This document shows positions 39,850-54,782 of a stretch of 64,000 bases of DNA, one piece after another. Every line of letters starts with the position of its first letter. Position 1 is the stretch's first letter. The notes beneath the pieces were generated by a model. That model did not search any database. It saw only the letters and a program-made list of their open reading frames with translations, and was not told the origin of the DNA. The translations under genes and the position numbers were made by a program. This stretch comes from an uncultured Chloroflexia bacterium (GTDB lineage: Bacteria > Chloroflexota > Limnocylindria > Limnocylindrales > CSP1-4): NCBI GenBank assembly GCA_963778025.1, contig CAVZTA010000003.1:442751-506750 (forward strand), in the 5' to 3' direction.

Positions 39850-41321
39850 GTGGGGCTGATGACGGGACAGCAGGCTGCGTCGCCCGTCACGCGCGGCGCC
39901 CGGCCATCCAGCGGTCCGACGCTCGTACCGCCGCGCCTCGTGCTGCCGGAGGTGGATGCGGCGCGCCCATCCGAGCTGATGGCGATCCTGTTCGAGCACC
40001 TCCCGGAGCTGCTCGGAGCGCTGATCGCGGTCCTGGGGCTGCTCGGCCGCGCCAGCGGCGTCGGGATCGCTGACCGTCGCCGCGGGGCTCAGCTTGCTGC
40101 CGCTCGGGCTCATCTCGCCGCGGGTCACGTTGATGGCGATGTGCATCCTCGTGCCGCAGGCCGAGCTGGGTGTGCCCGTGGGCCCGCTCGGGTTCCACGT
40201 GATGGCGCTGTTTGCGTCGATGATCGGTATCGCGCTGCGTCTTCCCTTCGAGCGGCTTCCCGTGCGGCTGGGCCTCGGCGCTGCGTGCCTCGTCGTGTTC
40301 GTCGCCCTGGCCGCGGTGACATTGCCGGCCGCCCTCGTCGATCTTCCGATCGACCGCACGAAGTTCGCGGTGTCGCAGCTCCTCCAGATCCTGGGCGGTG
40401 CAGCGCTGTTCTGTGGGATCGCCTACGTCGCGCGCGCGCCGCTCGGTCGGGGCCGTACACGATCGCCGTGCTCCTGTCAGGAGTGCTCGCCTGCGTCGCG
40501 ACGGTGCTCAGCACGCTCGGCGGTGAGCCCGCCGCGTTCGCCGCGCAGGTCTTCGCGACCGGACCCGCGACGCTGCAGCGGCGCGGTCGGCGTGCTGGCC
40601 AACGCGAACTACATGGGTCTGCTGGCGGCGACCATCGGCACCGGGCTGTATCGCGTTCGCGGTCCATCGCCACGGGCTGGCCCGGATCCTGTACCTCGTC
40701 GGCGCGGTGTGCGCGGTCGGCGCGATCCTCGTGACGTTCTCACGCGGCGCCTGCTGGCCCTCGCGGCCGGGGTCGTCACGCTCGCCTTCGCGAAGAGCCG
40801 GTCCTTGGGCGTCGTACTCGCGGCGCTCCTGGTGTGGGCGCGGTGGTCATCTACCCGGCGTTCCTCAACGCCCGGCTCAACGTGAGCTACGGCGACGCGA
40901 GCGATCCGAACGCGACGATCGGCCAGAACGAGCAGTGACCTCACGCGGCGGATCGTGTTCGACGCCGGCATCAGCCTGTTCGAGAGCTCGCCGATCGGCA
41001 GGCGTGGGCTTCGGCCAGTTCCAGTTCCTGAGTCCACTCCACGTCTCGGGCAGCGACGTGACGTACCCGCACGACGCGTATCTGCGGATCCTCGCCGAGC
41101 AGGGGATCCTCGGCGTCGCTGCGTTCATCGCCCTTCTGGCGTGGCGGTCCTGCGGATTCGTCGACGCCGTGCCGGGCACGCGCTCGATCGCGCTCGCGGC
41201 GCTCGCCTGCTACCTCGTGGCCGCCCTCATCGCCGAGCCGTTCAGCGTGCTCCAGGCGTCCGGGGTCACGTGGGTCATCGTGGGTGCGGTCATCGGACCC
41301 GGCCTGGCGCACCGGGCATGA
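39850..41321 (+). CDS. O-antigen ligase/Wzy-like polysaccharide polymerase (multiple apparent frameshifts)
   Basis: Multi-TM segments are scattered over three frames. The Wzy_C-type motifs (ILVTFSRGA, GVGFGQFQF...HDAYLRILAEQGILG) are in ORF 40707..41321. Confidence 0.55.
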
Positions 41322-43084
41322 CCAGCGCCAGCCGGACGGTGGAGATGACGTCGCCGCCGCTCGAGCGCCCGGCGACCCGGTCGCTCGCCCGTCCCGGGCC
41401 GGTGGGGCTCGTCATCGCGCTCGCGGTCCTCGCGGAGCTCGTCGTCCTCGCGCTCATCCCGCGCCTGGTGACGACCGATGGCGCGATCCACGTCGGTGGC
41501 GCAGGGCTCATCCGCGACCTGCTGACGGGCGCCGGGGACATCCATCTCCACTACGTCGACATCACGCCGTACCCCGTCCCCAATCTCACCCCCGAGCTCG
41601 CGCTCGCCGCATTGATGCTGGTGCTGGATCCGGGGGTGGCCGAGAAGGTGCTCGTGGCGGGCTACGTCATCCTGCTGCCGCTGGGCATGCTGGCCGCCGT
41701 CCGGGCGGCCGGGGCCCGCGCGCCGTGGCTCGCGGTGCTCGCGATCCCGCTGACCTTCTCGTTCACGCTCCAGTACGGCTTCTACAACTTCTCGTACGCC
41801 GTGGCCTGTGCGCTGTTCGTGATGGCGGCCGCGCTGCGCCTCCGGGAGCGGCCCACCGGCCGGCGGGCGGTCGTGCTGGGCGCGCTGCTGCTGGTGACGT
41901 ATAGCTGCCACCTCGTGCCGTATGCCGTCGCGCTCGTGTTCATCGCGGCGGTCATCGGCTGGGATGTGCTGCGCGCCCTCGTCGAGACCCGTGGCTCGCT
42001 CCGCGAGGTCGTGCGTCGCCATGGCCGCCTCGTCGGACTGGTCGTGGCCGCCGCCCTGCCATCGCTCGTCCTGTGCGTGCCGTTCCTCATCCTGACCCGG
42101 ACCGGCGATCCCGCCAGCTACCGGCCGATCCTCGTGCCGTTCCTGGGCCTCCTCAGCTTCATCTGGCCGCTCGTCACGTTCGATGTCCGCGAGGCGGTGG
42201 CGTGCATCGCGATGGCGGGCGCCGTGGCCGTGCTCACACTGTGGGTGATCCGACGGCGCTGGCGCGAGCGCCGCTGGGTGGACGGCACCGACGGGCTGGC
42301 GCTGTTCACGCTCGCCACGGTCGGCGTGTTCCTTGTGTCCCCGCAGGGCGTCGCGAGCGGCGGCGGGATCCTGCTCGAGCGCCTGGCGCTGTTCCCGATC
42401 TACGGCATCGTGCTGTGGCTCTCGGCACAGGACCTGCCGGCCCGCCTGGTGCGCGCGACGGCCGTCGTGGCGCTCGTCGCCGCCGCGGGGTTCGTCGTCC
42501 TGCGGATGCCCGCCTACCTGGAGCTGAGCAGCCGCGCGAACGACTACCTGTCGGTGGCGTCATGTCTCGCGCCGGGGTCCACCATGCTCCAGGCGAACCT
42601 GTATCAGGTGGTCCCGGGCCCGCTTCGCCGGCAGGACCCGCTCATCGAGGAGACCGGCGTCCTGAGCGCCGCGACACGCGGCCACGACCTCGGCAGCGTC
42701 GAGGGCGATGTGCCCTTCTACCCCATCACCAACAGACCCGGGAATGACCCGTACGTCCACTTGCGGACCTCGGGCGACCTCCTCTATCACATCCCCCCGG
42801 AGATCGATCTCCTGGGGTATGAGCAGCGCACCGACGGGCGCGTCGACTATCTCCTGCTGTACGGTCGCTCCGAGGCCGACGCTACGGTGCTCGCCTCGTC
42901 GCGCTGGACCGCGTTGCGCGGCCAGCTGGAACAGGGCTACCGCCGGGTGGCGACGTCCGCCGCCGGGCATCTCGAGGTCTTCGAGCGGGATGCGGACGAT
43001 CTCCGCGCCCGGGGCGAGGCCGCACGTGCACAAGCCGGCTCGGCCTGTCCGGCCGTGGCATCGGACCCATTCGAGGGGGATTGA
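41318..43084 (+). CDS. polytopic membrane protein with C-terminal soluble domain, unknown function
   Basis: ATGA-coupled internal ATG (MTSASRTVEMTSPPL...) with more than 10 TM helices and a ~180-aa C-terminal domain. Intact 588 aa. No family assigned. Confidence 0.55.
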   Translation: MTSASRTVEMTSPPLERPATRSLARPGPVGLVIALAVLAELVVLALIPRLVTTDGAIHVGGAGLIRDLLTGAGDIHLHYVDITPYPVPNLTPELALAALMLVLDPGVAEKVLVAGYVILLPLGMLAAVRAAGARAPWLAVLAIPLTFSFTLQYGFYNFSYAVACALFVMAAALRLRERPTGRRAVVLGALLLVTYSCHLVPYAVALVFIAAVIGWDVLRALVETRGSLREVVRRHGRLVGLVVAAALPSLVLCVPFLILTRTGDPASYRPILVPFLGLLSFIWPLVTFDVREAVACIAMAGAVAVLTLWVIRRRWRERRWVDGTDGLALFTLATVGVFLVSPQGVASGGGILLERLALFPIYGIVLWLSAQDLPARLVRATAVVALVAAAGFVVLRMPAYLELSSRANDYLSVASCLAPGSTMLQANLYQVVPGPLRRQDPLIEETGVLSAATRGHDLGSVEGDVPFYPITNRPGNDPYVHLRTSGDLLYHIPPEIDLLGYEQRTDGRVDYLLLYGRSEADATVLASSRWTALRGQLEQGYRRVATSAAGHLEVFERDADDLRARGEAARAQAGSACPAVASDPFEGD

Positions 43085-43087
43085 CGG

Positions 43088-44988
43088 ATGTGTGGGATCG
43101 CCGGCCTCGCCACGGCGCACGGGCTGCGCCGCGATGACGAGGCGCTCGTCGTCGAGATGCTGCATGGGCTCGCCCATCGCGGGCCCGACGACGAGCACTG
43201 GATGGGCGACGAGCGGGCGATCGATCGGCTCGCGCCGCCTCGCGATCATCGACCTCGACACGGGCCGTCAGCCGATGACCACGACCGACGGCTCGATCGT
43301 CATCAGCCAGAACGGCGAGATCTACAACTACGTCGAGCTCCGCGAGGAGCTGCTGCGACGCGGCCACACCCTCGCGACGCACGGTGACACCGAGGTCATC
43401 GGACACCTCTACCAGGAGTTCGGCGACGACTTCGTCGACCACCTGCGCGGGATGTTCGCGATCGCGCTCTGGGACAAGCCGCGCCAGCGGCTGATCCTGG
43501 CCCGCGATCGGCTGGGCAAGAAGCCGATCTACTGGCGGCTCGCCGACGGGCGGCTGAGCTACGGGTCGGAGATGAAGGTCATCCTCACCGAGCCCGATGT
43601 CGCCAAGGACATCGACCGCCAGGCGCTCGCCCTGTTCCTCGAGTACCAGTACATCCCCGCCCCATGGACGATCCTGCGCGGCGTCCACAAGCTGCCGCCC
43701 GCCTCGATCCTGACGTGGGATGGTGGTGAGCCACGGATCCGGCGCTACTGGGAGCCCGACTACACCACGAAGGTCCGCCGGTCGCTGGAGGAGGACCGCG
43801 AGGCCGCTCTCGAGGTGCTGCGGGAGTCGGTCCGGCTGCGCCTCAGGAGCGATGTCCCGGTGGGCGCGTTCCTGTCGGGCGGCATGGACTCGAGCACGGT
43901 CGTGGCGCTCATGGCCGAGGCGTCCAGCCAGGTCCGAACCTTCTCGATCGGGTTCCAGGAGAAGGAGTACGACGAGCTGCGCTACGCACGCGCCGTCGCG
44001 AAGCACTTCGGGACCGACCACACCGACGAGGTCGTCGACCTGGACGCGATCAGCCTCCTGCCCGAGCTGGCCGACCACTACGACGAGCCCTTCGGCGATC
44101 TCCTCGGCGATCCCGACGTTCCGGGTGTCGCAGCTCGCCGCGAAGTCGCTCAAGGTCGTCCTGACCGGCGACGGCGGCGACGAGGCGTTCGGCGGCTACG
44201 ACCGCTACCGGTTCGAGGCCGCGATGTCGATGCTGGGCAAGCTGCCGACGCCCCTCCACATGGCCGGCGTGTCCGCGGCGCAGGCCGTCCTGTCGCGGAC
44301 GGCCGCCAAGTCGAAGCTCCGGCGCCGTGCCGACAACTGGCGGCGCCTCGCGACCCTCGACTCGGACACGCGCTACACGCGCCTGATGTCCATCTACCAC
44401 GCCGCCGCTCCGTACCGCGCTCCTCCGCGACGCGGCGACCGGCTATCAGGATCAGTACCTCGAGAGCGCGCTTCGCTCGGGCCCGTCCGACACGCTCGAC
44501 CGGCTCCTCCGCGCCGACATGCTCACGTACCTGCCCGAGGACCTCAACGTGAAGGTCGACCGGGCGACGATGGCCAACTCGCTCGAGGCGCGTTCGCCGC
44601 TCCTCGACCATCGCGTCTACGAGTTCGCGGCGGCGCTGCCGTCGCACCGGAAGATGCGCCGCGGCACGAGCAAGATCGTGCTCCGTGAGGTCGCCAAGCA
44701 GCTGATGCCGGCCGAGCTGCGTCGACCGGCCCAAGATGGGCTTCGGCGTGCCCATCGGCTCGCTGGTTCCGGTCCACGCTGGGCGATGTGTTCAGCGACA
44801 CGGTCCTGGCGCCCGATTCGCGGACCCGCGACCAGCTCGACGTGACGGTCGCCCGGCAGATCCTTGCCGAGCACCGCGGCGGCACCATCGACCACGGCCA
44901 CCGGCTGTGGCTGCTCCTGATGTACGAGCTGTGGGCGCGTCGCTGGCTGGCGGCTGCGCCGGCCGCGACCCTCGCCGAGACCGCGTGA
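43088..44988 (+). CDS. asparagine synthase (glutamine-hydrolysing), AsnB/WbpS-type amidotransferase (about five to six apparent frameshifts)
   Basis: MCGIAG N-terminal nucleophile. ...RLAIIDLDTGRQPM...NGEIYNY, ..AFLSGGMDSS.. and the C-terminal synthase region are spread over three or more frames. Confidence 0.7.
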
Positions 44989-45921
44989 GAGCGCTCGTCA
45001 CCGGCGCGGCCGGGTTCATCGGACACCACCTGGTCCACGAGCTGCTGGCGGCCGGCCACGAGGTGGCCGGGATCGACGACCTCTCGACGGGCTCGATCGA
45101 CCGGCTCACCTGTGTCAGCGACCGCATCCACTTCGTCCAGGGCGACATCCGCTCCGCGGGCGACGTGGACCGCGGCGATCGAGGGCTGCGACGTCGTCTA
45201 TCACCAGGCCGCGCTGCCGTCGGTGGCGCGCTCGGTCAAGGACCCGATCGCCTCGAACGAGGTGAACACGACGGGCACGATCACGGTGATGCAGGCGGCC
45301 GCCCGGGCCGGTGTCCGGCGGGTGATCTTCGCCGGCTCGTCGTCGGTCTACGGCGACTCGGCGGAGCTGCCGCGCCGCGAGACCCAGGTGCCGCGTCCGC
45401 TGTCGCCGTACGCCGTCAGCAAGCTCGCCGCCGAGGGCTACGTCCACACCCTGGGTGCCCTGAACGGCATCGAGACCATCGTCCTGCGGTACTTCAACAT
45501 CTTCGGGCCGGGCCAGGACCCCGAGTCGCAGTACGCGGCGGTCATCCCGCGGTTCATCACCGCGGCCATGGCCGGGCGGCCGCTGACCGTCTTCGGTGAT
45601 GGGCGCCAGTCACGCGACTTCACGCACATCGCGAACGTCGTGTCCGCGAACCTCCTGGCCGCCACCGAGGGCCGAAGCGGCGTGACGATGAACATCGGCT
45701 GCGGCGACCGGTTCACCCTCGTCGACCTCGTCGCGGCCATCGAGGCCGGGCTCGACCGGCGCGTCGAGGTCCGCTACGAGGGCACGCGCCAGGGCGACGT
45801 CCCGCACAGCCAGGCGGACATCTCCGTCGCGGTCGCGGAGCTGGGTTACCGGATCGTGATGCCGTTTCCCGAGGGCATCCAGCAGACGATCCAGTCGTAT
45901 CACGTCACCGCGGGTCGATGA
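44985..45921 (+). CDS. NAD-dependent epimerase/dehydratase (SDR, UDP-glucose 4-epimerase-like; apparent frameshift near 45170)
   Basis: VRALVTGAAGFIGHHLVHELLAAGHEV (frame A), then ..YAVSKLAAEGY (YxxxK) and the rest in ORF 45112..45921. GTGA overlap upstream. Confidence 0.8.
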
Positions 45922-47610
45922 CCTCGACGATCCCCGCGGGTCCCGCCCCGGCCCCGCCGGGTGTGCAGGCTCCGTCCGGGCAGGCCCCGCCGGGCGCAGC
46001 TGTCGCCGCCGATGCCGGCACGCCCATCGCGCTCGCGAGCGTCGGTCGCTCGGCAGGCCTGCTCGCCATGGCCGCCGCGCTGGGCCAGGTGTTCGCGTTC
46101 GTGCGCGAGCTGTTCGTGGCCGGCGAGCTGGGCGCGAGCGCGCGCTATGACGGCTTGCTGGTGGCGCTCGTCCTGCCGACCATCGTGGCCGGCCTCCTCG
46201 CCGGCGGTCCGGGTGCGGCGCTCGTCCCGGCGTTCAGACGGCTCGAGCGGGACGACGGCCTTCCGGCCGCGAAGCGCTTCAGCGGCGCGCTCTTCACCTG
46301 GATCTTCATCGCCGCGACCATGGCCATGCTCCTGATCTGGGCGGCCGACGAGTGGATCGCGTTCCTCACCGGGCCCGGACTCCATGCCGATGGCCACGCC
46401 GCGGCGGTCGAGGTCACGCCGATCGTCGCCCCGATGGTCGTGTTCCTCGCGCTGAGCGGCGTTCTGACGGCGCTCTGTCAGACGCGCGAGGCATTCGCGT
46501 GGATCGCGCTGGGGTGGCTCATCGGGCCGGTCGTGTCGCTGGTCGTCACGGTGACGGCCTGGGAACGCCTGGACGTCGACGCGCTCGCTTTCGGGTTGAC
46601 GGTCGGGTCCGCCGCGACCTTCCTGATGGTCCTCATCGGCGCCTGGCGGGTCGGTGTCGCGCCGCGCCTCAGGCTGCGGCCGCCGCGGGATGCGCACAGC
46701 GGCTTCCTGCGCCACGCCGGGCCGCTCACGGCTGGCTCGGCGATCCTCCAGGCGAACCTGTTCGGGGACCGGGCCGTGGCGTCGCTGCTGAGCGTCGGAT
46801 CGGTGAGCGCGCTCCGATACGGCGAAGGCCTGCTGCGCGGCCCGATGGGCGCCATCGCGCCGGCGTGGTCGACCGCGCTGTATCCGGCCCTGATCAAGGC
46901 GAACGATCGCGAGGACGGCGGGATCGGCGCCGCGTCGGACCGGGCGATCCGCTACGTGCTCGCGGTGTTCGTGCCGATCGCGGTCTTCGCCGCCGTGATG
47001 GCGCCATGGATCGTCGACGTCGCGTTCCGGCGGGGCAACTTCGACGCGGAGGACGCCGCCGTCACGTCGACGGTCGTCGCCGCCTTTGCGCCCCTCGTGG
47101 TGCTGACCATCATCCAGGCCGTCATCGTGGGGGCCCACAATGCCCGGCAGAGCGGCCTGCTGCTGATGACCGCGGGCTTCGCGAACGCCGGCCTGAACTT
47201 GCTATTCGATGTGATCTTCGGCGTCGCGTTCGGCGTGGCCGGCGTGGCGGTCTCCACATCGGTCACCATCCTCGTCGTGCTGACCTTCCTCGGGCTCCGC
47301 CTCGGTCGCGCCGACCCTGCCTTCTCGTGGGGGCGGCTGATGCGGTACGGGATGCGCCTCACGCTCATCGCGCTCGTGCCCGGCATCCCGCTCGCGCTGC
47401 TCGGTTGGGGGGTCGACATCGCCGGGGCGCCGCTCCTTGCCCGCCTCGTCGCCCTGGCGATGACGTTCGCGGGACTGGCGCTGGCCTATGTGGCGATCGC
47501 CCGATGGCTGCGCGTGCCCGAGGTCGTCACGTCGCATCGACGGAGCCCGGGCGCTCCTCGCGGAGCGGGTCGTGCCACGCCTGCGGGGCGTGGCGGGACG
47601 GCGAACATGA
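45918..47610 (+). CDS. MurJ/Wzx-like MOP-family flippase (apparent frameshift near 47540)
   Basis: About 14 TM helices. The C-terminal ~20 aa and the stop are in frame 1, ending in an ATGA overlap with the downstream GT4 at 47607-47610. Confidence 0.7.
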
Positions 47611-48828
47611 CGGCTGTGAAACGCCCCCTCCGGATCGTGTTCGTCACCGCGGCGCTCGACCCGGGTGGCAGCGAGCGCCAGCTGGTCGAGCTCGCCGTGC
47701 GGTTGCCCAGGGATCGCTTCGAGTGCGAGTTCGTCCTGCTCACCGAGCGAGGAGATGGGGCCGATGTCGTCGAGGCGGCCGGAGTGCGCGGTGCGAGCCC
47801 TGGGCTCGAGCTACCGGCGCTCCACGCCGTTCCCGATCTACATGTTCGTGTCCTGACGAAGGTACTTCGGATGATGCGCTGGCTGCGCGGCGGCCACTAC
47901 GACATCGCCGATGCATGGCTGTACCACGCCTACGCGCTGACCGCGGTGTTGAAGCCGTTCGTGGGCATCCCCATCCTCATCTCCGGGCGCCGGAGCCTGA
48001 GCGACTACAAGGAGCAGTTCGGCCCGTTCGAACGCGGCCTCGACAAGGTCGCGACATGGTCATCGGATGCCTTCGTCGCCAATTCGTACATCGTGCGCGA
48101 GGACGTCGCGACGCGCGAAGGGATCGACTCCGGCGCGCATCGAGGTCGTCCGCAACGGCGTGCTGCTGCCCGACCCCATGTCGCTCTCGGACCGACAGGC
48201 GTGGCGAGCGCGCTGGGGCTGGGGCGACGAGCACGTCGTCGTGGGCTGCGTCGCGAGCGTCAAGCCGGGCAAGGGCCTCGAGCTGCTGATCGATGTCGCG
48301 GAGGGTCTGCGGGCGCGGGAGCCCGGGCTCCGCTACGTGATCGTCGGCGACGGCGTCTCCCGTCCCGCGCTCGAGGCCGACGTCGCGCGTCGCGGCCTGG
48401 GCGACGTCGTGCGGTTCCATGGCATCGAGCCGGATGCGCGGAAGCTCTACGGGGCGTTCGACATCGCGGTCCAGGCGTCCGACTCGGAGGGCCTTCCGAA
48501 CGCCGTCCTGGAGCCTGCCGCGGCGGGCGTCGCGATCGTGGCGACAGCGGCCGGAGGAACGCCCGAGATCATCACCGATGGGCAGACCGGGATCCTCGTC
48601 CCGGTCGGCGATCCGGGCGCGATGGCCGTCGGCATCGCGAGGCTCGCGGGCGATCCCGAGCTCCGGGCAAGGCTCGGGGCGGCGGCCCGCACCAGCGTCG
48701 AGGAGTCGTTCCCGATGGACCGGATGGTCGAGGGCATGGCCCACATCTACGAGGCTCTCGCGGCTCGGCGGCAGCGCGCCCGACCGCGCAGGCCCTGGCG
48801 GCGCGCCCCGTCGGACGCGTCCGCGTGA
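47607..48828 (+). CDS. glycosyltransferase family 4 (GT-B; apparent frameshift near 48120)
   Basis: N-terminal LRIVFVTAALDPGGSERQLVELA. The C-terminal GT1 domain (..GKGLELLIDV...EGLPNAVLEPAAAGVAIVATAAGGTPEII) is in ORF 48067..48828. Confidence 0.75.
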
Positions 48829-49997
48829 TGACCGGCTCCATGGGCCACGGCGCCCTCGTCATCTCGCTCGACTTCGAGCTCCACTGGGGCGTCCGCGACC
48901 TGTACCGACCCGACGGTCCGTACCACCAGAACCTCGTGGGCGCTCGCGAGGTCATCCCGAGGATGCTCGACCGGTTCGACGCGGGCGGCGTGAAGGTGAC
49001 CTGGGCGATCGTCGGGATGCTGTTCGCGCGCGACCGCGACGAACAGGAGGCGTACCGGCCGCGGATCGCCCCCGGCTACCGCGACCCGAACCTCGATCCG
49101 TATCGCGAGCCCGTGGGTCAAGACGAGGCGACCGACCCGCTGCACTTCGGCGCGTCGCTCATCGACCGGATCGTCGAGCGCGGCGAGCACGAGGTCGCGT
49201 CGCACACGTGGTCGCACTACTACTGCCTGGAGCCCGGGGCGTCACCGGAGGCCTTCGGCGACGATCTGGCGGCCGCGGTCCGGATCGCGGAGGCTCGCGG
49301 CCAGCGTCTGCGCTCGTTCGCATTCCCCCGCAACCAGGTGCGCGGGGACGTGCTGCCCATCCTGGCTGCGGCCGGTATCACGTCCTTCCGGGGCACGCAG
49401 CCCCGGCTCGCCCATCACCCCGTCCCCGAGGGCCGGGTGACGCTGCCGCGCAAGCTCGCGCGCGGGCTCGAGGAGTACGCGGGGCCGCGGCCGCTCCATG
49501 TCACCCGCTTCGCCGACCTCCAGACCCGCGGCGGCGTGCTGGACATCCCGGCCACGCTGTTCCTGCGGCCCTGGTCGGCGCGGCGAGCCCGTCTCGAGCC
49601 CTTCCGGTGGCGACGGCTGGCAGGCGCGTTCGCGCGGGCGGCTCGCGAGGACGCCATCGTCCACGTGTGGTGGCATCCCCACAACTTCGGGGCGAACCAG
49701 GAGGAGAATCTCCAGTTCCTGGACCGCCTCCTCGACCTCTTCCAGCGCGCCCGGGACGAGCACGGGATGCGGTCGATGACGATGGCCGACGTGACCGCGG
49801 TCCGGCGCGGTCGCGCGATCGGCGAGTGGCAGGCCTCGAACGGCGGTGAGACGCCCGCGCTCGCGCTCGCGGTGGGCGACATCGATGGGGCAGGGAGGCG
49901 TCGACGCACCGGGACGCCGATGGCCGGTCCGCTCGGGACGTTCGGCCACGCGGACCCGGCATCCGTACCGGTGCGGACGCGCACCTACCCTGGCTGA
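48828..49997 (+). CDS. polysaccharide deacetylase (CE4/NodB-homology)
   Basis: ATGA-coupled. Motifs LVISLDFELHWGV and ..HTWSHYY.. are present. Confidence 0.75.
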   Translation: MTGSMGHGALVISLDFELHWGVRDLYRPDGPYHQNLVGAREVIPRMLDRFDAGGVKVTWAIVGMLFARDRDEQEAYRPRIAPGYRDPNLDPYREPVGQDEATDPLHFGASLIDRIVERGEHEVASHTWSHYYCLEPGASPEAFGDDLAAAVRIAEARGQRLRSFAFPRNQVRGDVLPILAAAGITSFRGTQPRLAHHPVPEGRVTLPRKLARGLEEYAGPRPLHVTRFADLQTRGGVLDIPATLFLRPWSARRARLEPFRWRRLAGAFARAAREDAIVHVWWHPHNFGANQEENLQFLDRLLDLFQRARDEHGMRSMTMADVTAVRRGRAIGEWQASNGGETPALALAVGDIDGAGRRRRTGTPMAGPLGTFGHADPASVPVRTRTYPG

Positions 49998-50002
49998 CTG
50001 GC

Positions 50003-51360
50003 GTGTACGATGCCGAGGCCTCCGGTCAGCGGCCCCGCGTCCGTGTCGTCCCCGGCGGTCACGGACGTCACGGGAGGCTCGAGCGGAGCATGGTCGAGGG
50101 GGTCATGGGCGGATCAAGCGCTGCCCGCGCCGTGCTGCCCGATGAGCCCGTCGATGTGGCCCGGGAGGTGAGCGGGAGCGCGGACGGACGGCCTTTTCGG
50201 GGGCGGATCCTGCGGGTCATCACGCGGCTGAACGTCGGTGGTCCAGCCACGCACGTCACGGTCGCGGACCGCGGGCTGCGCGCGCTCGGCTGGGAGACAC
50301 AGCTCGTGCACGGGGTCGTCGAGCCCAGCGAGGCCGAGATCGACATCGCAGCGATGGGTCTCCCCGACCGGCGGCTCGAGACGCTCCACCGCGCGATCGA
50401 TCCCGTGGACGACGTCCGGAGCCTGGTGGCACTGGCGAAGCTGATGCGCACCTACCGGCCCCATGTCATCCATACCCACCTCTCGAAGGCGGGGCTGGTC
50501 GGCCGGGCTGCTGCGCTCGCCGCATCACCGGCGGTCCGGGTGCACACCTTCCATGGGAACGTCTTCGGAGGCTACTTCTCGCCGCGCATGTCACAGGCGA
50601 TCCTCGCGCTCGAACGCGGCCTCGGTCGCTCCACCCACCGGATCGTCGCCCTCAGCGACCGCCAGCGCACGGAGCTGCTGGAGCTGGGCATCGGACGACC
50701 CGACCGGATCCGGATCGTGCCACTCGGCCTCGACCTCGCCCAATTCGCCTCCCCCGACCGGGCCGCCGCCCGGGAGCGGCTGGGCCTCGCGCAGGACGAG
50801 CTGGTGGTCCTGGCCATCGGCCGCCTGGTGCCGATCAAGCGCCTGGATCGGCTCATCGAGGCGGTCGCGATCGCCGCGCCGCGCATCCCCGACCTGCGGC
50901 TCGTGATCGTCGGCGACGGCGAGGAGCGGACGGCGCTCGAGTGGCGAGTCGTGTCGAGACGCCTGGAGCGCATCGTGACGTTCGCCGGCTGGTCGAGCGA
51001 TAGCCCGGCGTGGTATGCCGCAGCGGACGTGGTGACCTTGACCTCCGATCGCGAAGGGACGCCGCTCGCGCTCATCGAGGCCGCGGCCAGCGGCCGTCCC
51101 GTGGTCGCGGGCGACGTCGGCGGCGTGGCCGACATCGTGGTCGACGGGCAGACCGGCTTCGTCGTCGACCGGGATGACATCGCAGGGTTCGCCGACCGCC
51201 TGGTCCGCCTTGCCACCGACCCGGGATTGCGTGCCTCGATGGCGGCCGCGGCGCCCGTCCGCGCGACGGCGTTCGACGCACGACGCCTGGTCGACGATCT
51301 CGATGCGCTCTATCGCGAGGCGCTCCTGGAGCGCCGCGCCTCGGCACTCAGGGTGACGTC

Positions 51361-51364
<4 letters not shown>
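50003..51364 (+). CDS. glycosyltransferase family 4 (GT-B)
   Basis: ..RILRVITRLNVGGPATHV... and ...EGTPLALIEAAASGRPVVAGDVGG. The start is uncertain and probably internal. Confidence 0.8.
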
Positions 51365-53467
<2,103 letters not shown>

Positions 53468-53471
<4 letters not shown>

Positions 53472-54760
53472 GCGCTGCGTGGTCGGCAGCGACCAAGCCC
53501 ACGGCGGTCGAACCCGGCGCCGATGCAGGCCTCCCGCGTTGCCGCCACTGCGGGACGCCGCTCAGCGAGACGTTCGTCGACCTCGGCATGTCACCGCTCT
53601 GTGAGCGCTTCCTGCGCGCCGACCAGCTCGACGAGATGGAGCCGTTCTTCCCGCTCCACGTGCGGGTCTGCCCGGCGTGCCTCCTCGTCCAGCTGCCCGA
53701 ATACGTCGGGCCCGAGGAGATCTTCGGCGAGTACGCCTACTTCTCGTCGTTCTCCACCTCGTGGCTGGCCCATGCCGCCCGGTACGTCGACATGGCCATC
53801 GACCGGTTCGGCCTCGCGCCCGGCAGTCGCGTCATCGAAGCCGCCAGCAACGACGGCTATCTCCTGGAGCATGCGCGGGAGCGGGGGCTCACCGTCCTGG
53901 GCATCGAACCGGCGCGGAACATCGCGGACGTGGCACGCGAGAAGGGCATCCCGACCATCAGCGAGTTCCTGGGGGCCGAGCTCGGCCGGCGTGTCGCGGC
54001 CGAGCAGGGCGCCGCGGACCTCGTGGTCGCGAACAACGTGTTCGCGCATGTCCCGGACATCCATGACTTCACCGCCGGTCTCGCGGCGCTGCTGGCGCCC
54101 GAGGGCGTCCTGACCATCGAGATCCCGCATCTGCTGCGGCTCGTCGAAGGCAACCAGTTCGACACCATCTACCACGAGCACTTCACGTACTACACGCTGC
54201 ACACCGCAAGCGCCGTGCTGGGACGTCACGGCCTCGAGGTCTTCGATGTCGACGAGCTGCCGACCCACGGCGGCTCGCTGCGGATCTATGCGCAGCACGC
54301 CGCGACGGGGCGTCAGGCCCGCGCGGCGGTCGTCGACCGCGTGCTGGCGACCGAGGTGGCGGGCGGCTGGACGACGCTCGAGGGTCACCGGAGCTTCGGA
54401 CCCCGGGTCGAGGCGACGAAGCGGGCGCTCCTGCGCTTCCTGATCGCGGAGCGCGATGCGGGTCATCGGGTGGTCGCCTACGGCGCGCCCGGCAAGGGCA
54501 ACACCCTGCTGAACTACTGCGGCATCCGGTCCGACCTGGTGGAGTACGCCGTCGATCGCAACCCGTACAAGCACGGCCGGTTCACGCCCGGGACGCACAT
54601 CCCGATCCATCCGGTGGAGCGCCTGCTGGACGACCGGCCCGACGTCGTGCTCATCCTGCCCTGGAACCTGCGGACCGAGATCCGCGCGCAGCTCGGGTCG
54701 CTCGTCGATCGTGGCGTGCGGCTCGCGGTCCCGATCCCCGAGGTCGAGATCCTGGGATGA
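53468..54760 (+). CDS. NDP-hexose C-methyltransferase-like protein (zinc ribbon, SAM methyltransferase and C-MT C-terminal domain), paralog 1
   Basis: CRHCGTPL...CPACLLVQL (zinc ribbon), a SAM-dependent methyltransferase core, and a C-terminal ..VVAYGAPGKGNTLLNYCGI.. domain as in TylC3/EryBIII-type enzymes. This is recollection of family architecture. GTGA-coupled. Intact 430 aa. Confidence 0.7.
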
Positions 54761-54782
54761 TCCCGCCGGGGCGCGTCGCGCG